A stretch of DNA of 21,652 bases from Octopus sinensis (taxonomy: Eukaryota): NCBI RefSeq assembly GCF_006345805.1, contig NW_021823672.1, positions 1-21,652 on the forward strand, in the 5' to 3' direction. Shown here one piece after another: positions 20,652 through 21,652 of the stretch. Within the stretch, counting starts at the first letter, position 1. Each line of letters opens with the position of its first letter. The position numbers were made by a program, and so were the translations under genes. The notes under the pieces are model-generated. The model was not told the origin of the DNA. It saw only the letters and a list, made by a program, of their open reading frames with translations, and did not search any database.

Positions 20652-21209
20652 AGGGAGAGTTTACGAAAAACAAAAGAGAAGACAGTGGTGTACAAAACAG
20701 ATGTATTAGTATACGCTCAGGAATAGAAAAAGTCTTTTACGTTTCGAGCCTACGCTCTTCGACGGAAAGATACACAGAAAAAAACAAGGAGAGAAAAAAT
20801 ATGTGTAGTGGCTAACGATCTATCCACACACATACATTCACACACGTACATACACACATATACATTCACACACGCACACACATTCACTCACGCACAAACA
20901 CACACTTATACATTCACAGACACACACACACACAGTGTTCAGAATAAATTTGACAATATATATATATATATATATATTATATTTTGATAAAATATATACA
21001 TATCCTCATGTTTTGAGTTCTATCTACCTGTTTGTATCGCCAAGCCTTGTTTCTCTCCGTGTTTCTTTTCTGTGTATCTTTCTGTTGAAGAGCGTAGGCT
21101 CGAAACATAAAAGACTTGTTTTATTTATATTCCTGAGTGCCATACTAATACAATTGTTTGTTTGTACTCCACCTGCCTTCGTCTTTTTGTTTTTTTCATA
21201 AGCTTCCCG
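20652..21209. repeat. Two ~170-bp copies of an interspersed repeat in inverted orientation (20652-20820 and ~21034-21209)
   Basis: Shared core GAAGAGCGTAGGCTCGAAAC...AAAAGACTT...TATTCCTGAG...TACTAATACA...TTTGTAC on opposite strands, separated by (CA)n/(TA)n. Confidence 0.8.
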
Positions 21210-21577
21210 TTATATATGTGTTATATATATTATATATATCTATATATATTATATATGCGTGTGTGTATATATAACACACACACACATATATATGTATGTA
21301 TATGTAGGTATACGTATGTGTCTAAACACACACAGTTTAAATGTGCATGCATGTAACGTACGCCAGAAAATCTGCAAGTCACGTGCAGAATTGAAACACC
21401 ATTTGAACATGCAAAATAAACAAGCGGATAATTAACTGATTAATTGATAAATTTATTGATTGATTGCGTGTAAGAACCATTGTGCAATGAAGTTACAATT
21501 GCGAAAGTTTTGTAAAACACACGTCAGCAAATAAAATCATATAATTCTTCATTTTTCATCTGGCTTATAGATATATA

Positions 21578-21652
21578 GGCATAGGATGGCTGTGTGGTAA
21601 GTAGCTTGCTTACCAACCACATGGTTGCGTGTTCAGTCCCACTGCGTGGCAT
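21578..21652 (+). mobile_element. Head of SINE (family A), cut by the window end
   Basis: GGATGGCTGTGTGGTAAGTAGCTTGCTTACCAACCACATGG...TTCAGTCCCACTGCGTGGCA. Confidence 0.9.

Overview
Repeat-saturated eukaryotic DNA, most likely from a coleoid cephalopod (Octopus-like; inferred from the tRNA-derived SINE families and extreme microsatellite density, not proven). No host protein-coding gene can be firmly called, and almost all ORF-track entries are microsatellite translations. Recognisable content: a 5'-truncated Tx1/L1-group non-LTR retrotransposon (RT plus zinc-knuckle part of ORF2) inserted in a (TATC)n array, with a second short 3'-end copy of a related element in the same array; a Tc1-type DD34E transposon; a tandemised, internally deleted mariner; about 14 SINE copies from several families (one a trimer inside a single TSD, one nested in a related copy); a 217-bp palindromic MITE; a hairpin-rich non-autonomous element within (ACAT)n; and a pri-miRNA-shaped hairpin. 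Best leads: (TATC)n targeting with an apparent ~130-147 bp target-site duplication, the chimeric SINE trimer, and the candidate miRNA hairpin. Caveat: nearly all frameshifts I could locate in the transposon ORFs are short deletions (mostly 1 nt) in homopolymer runs, suggesting unpolished long-read errors, so repeat copy numbers and pseudogene calls need raw-read checks.
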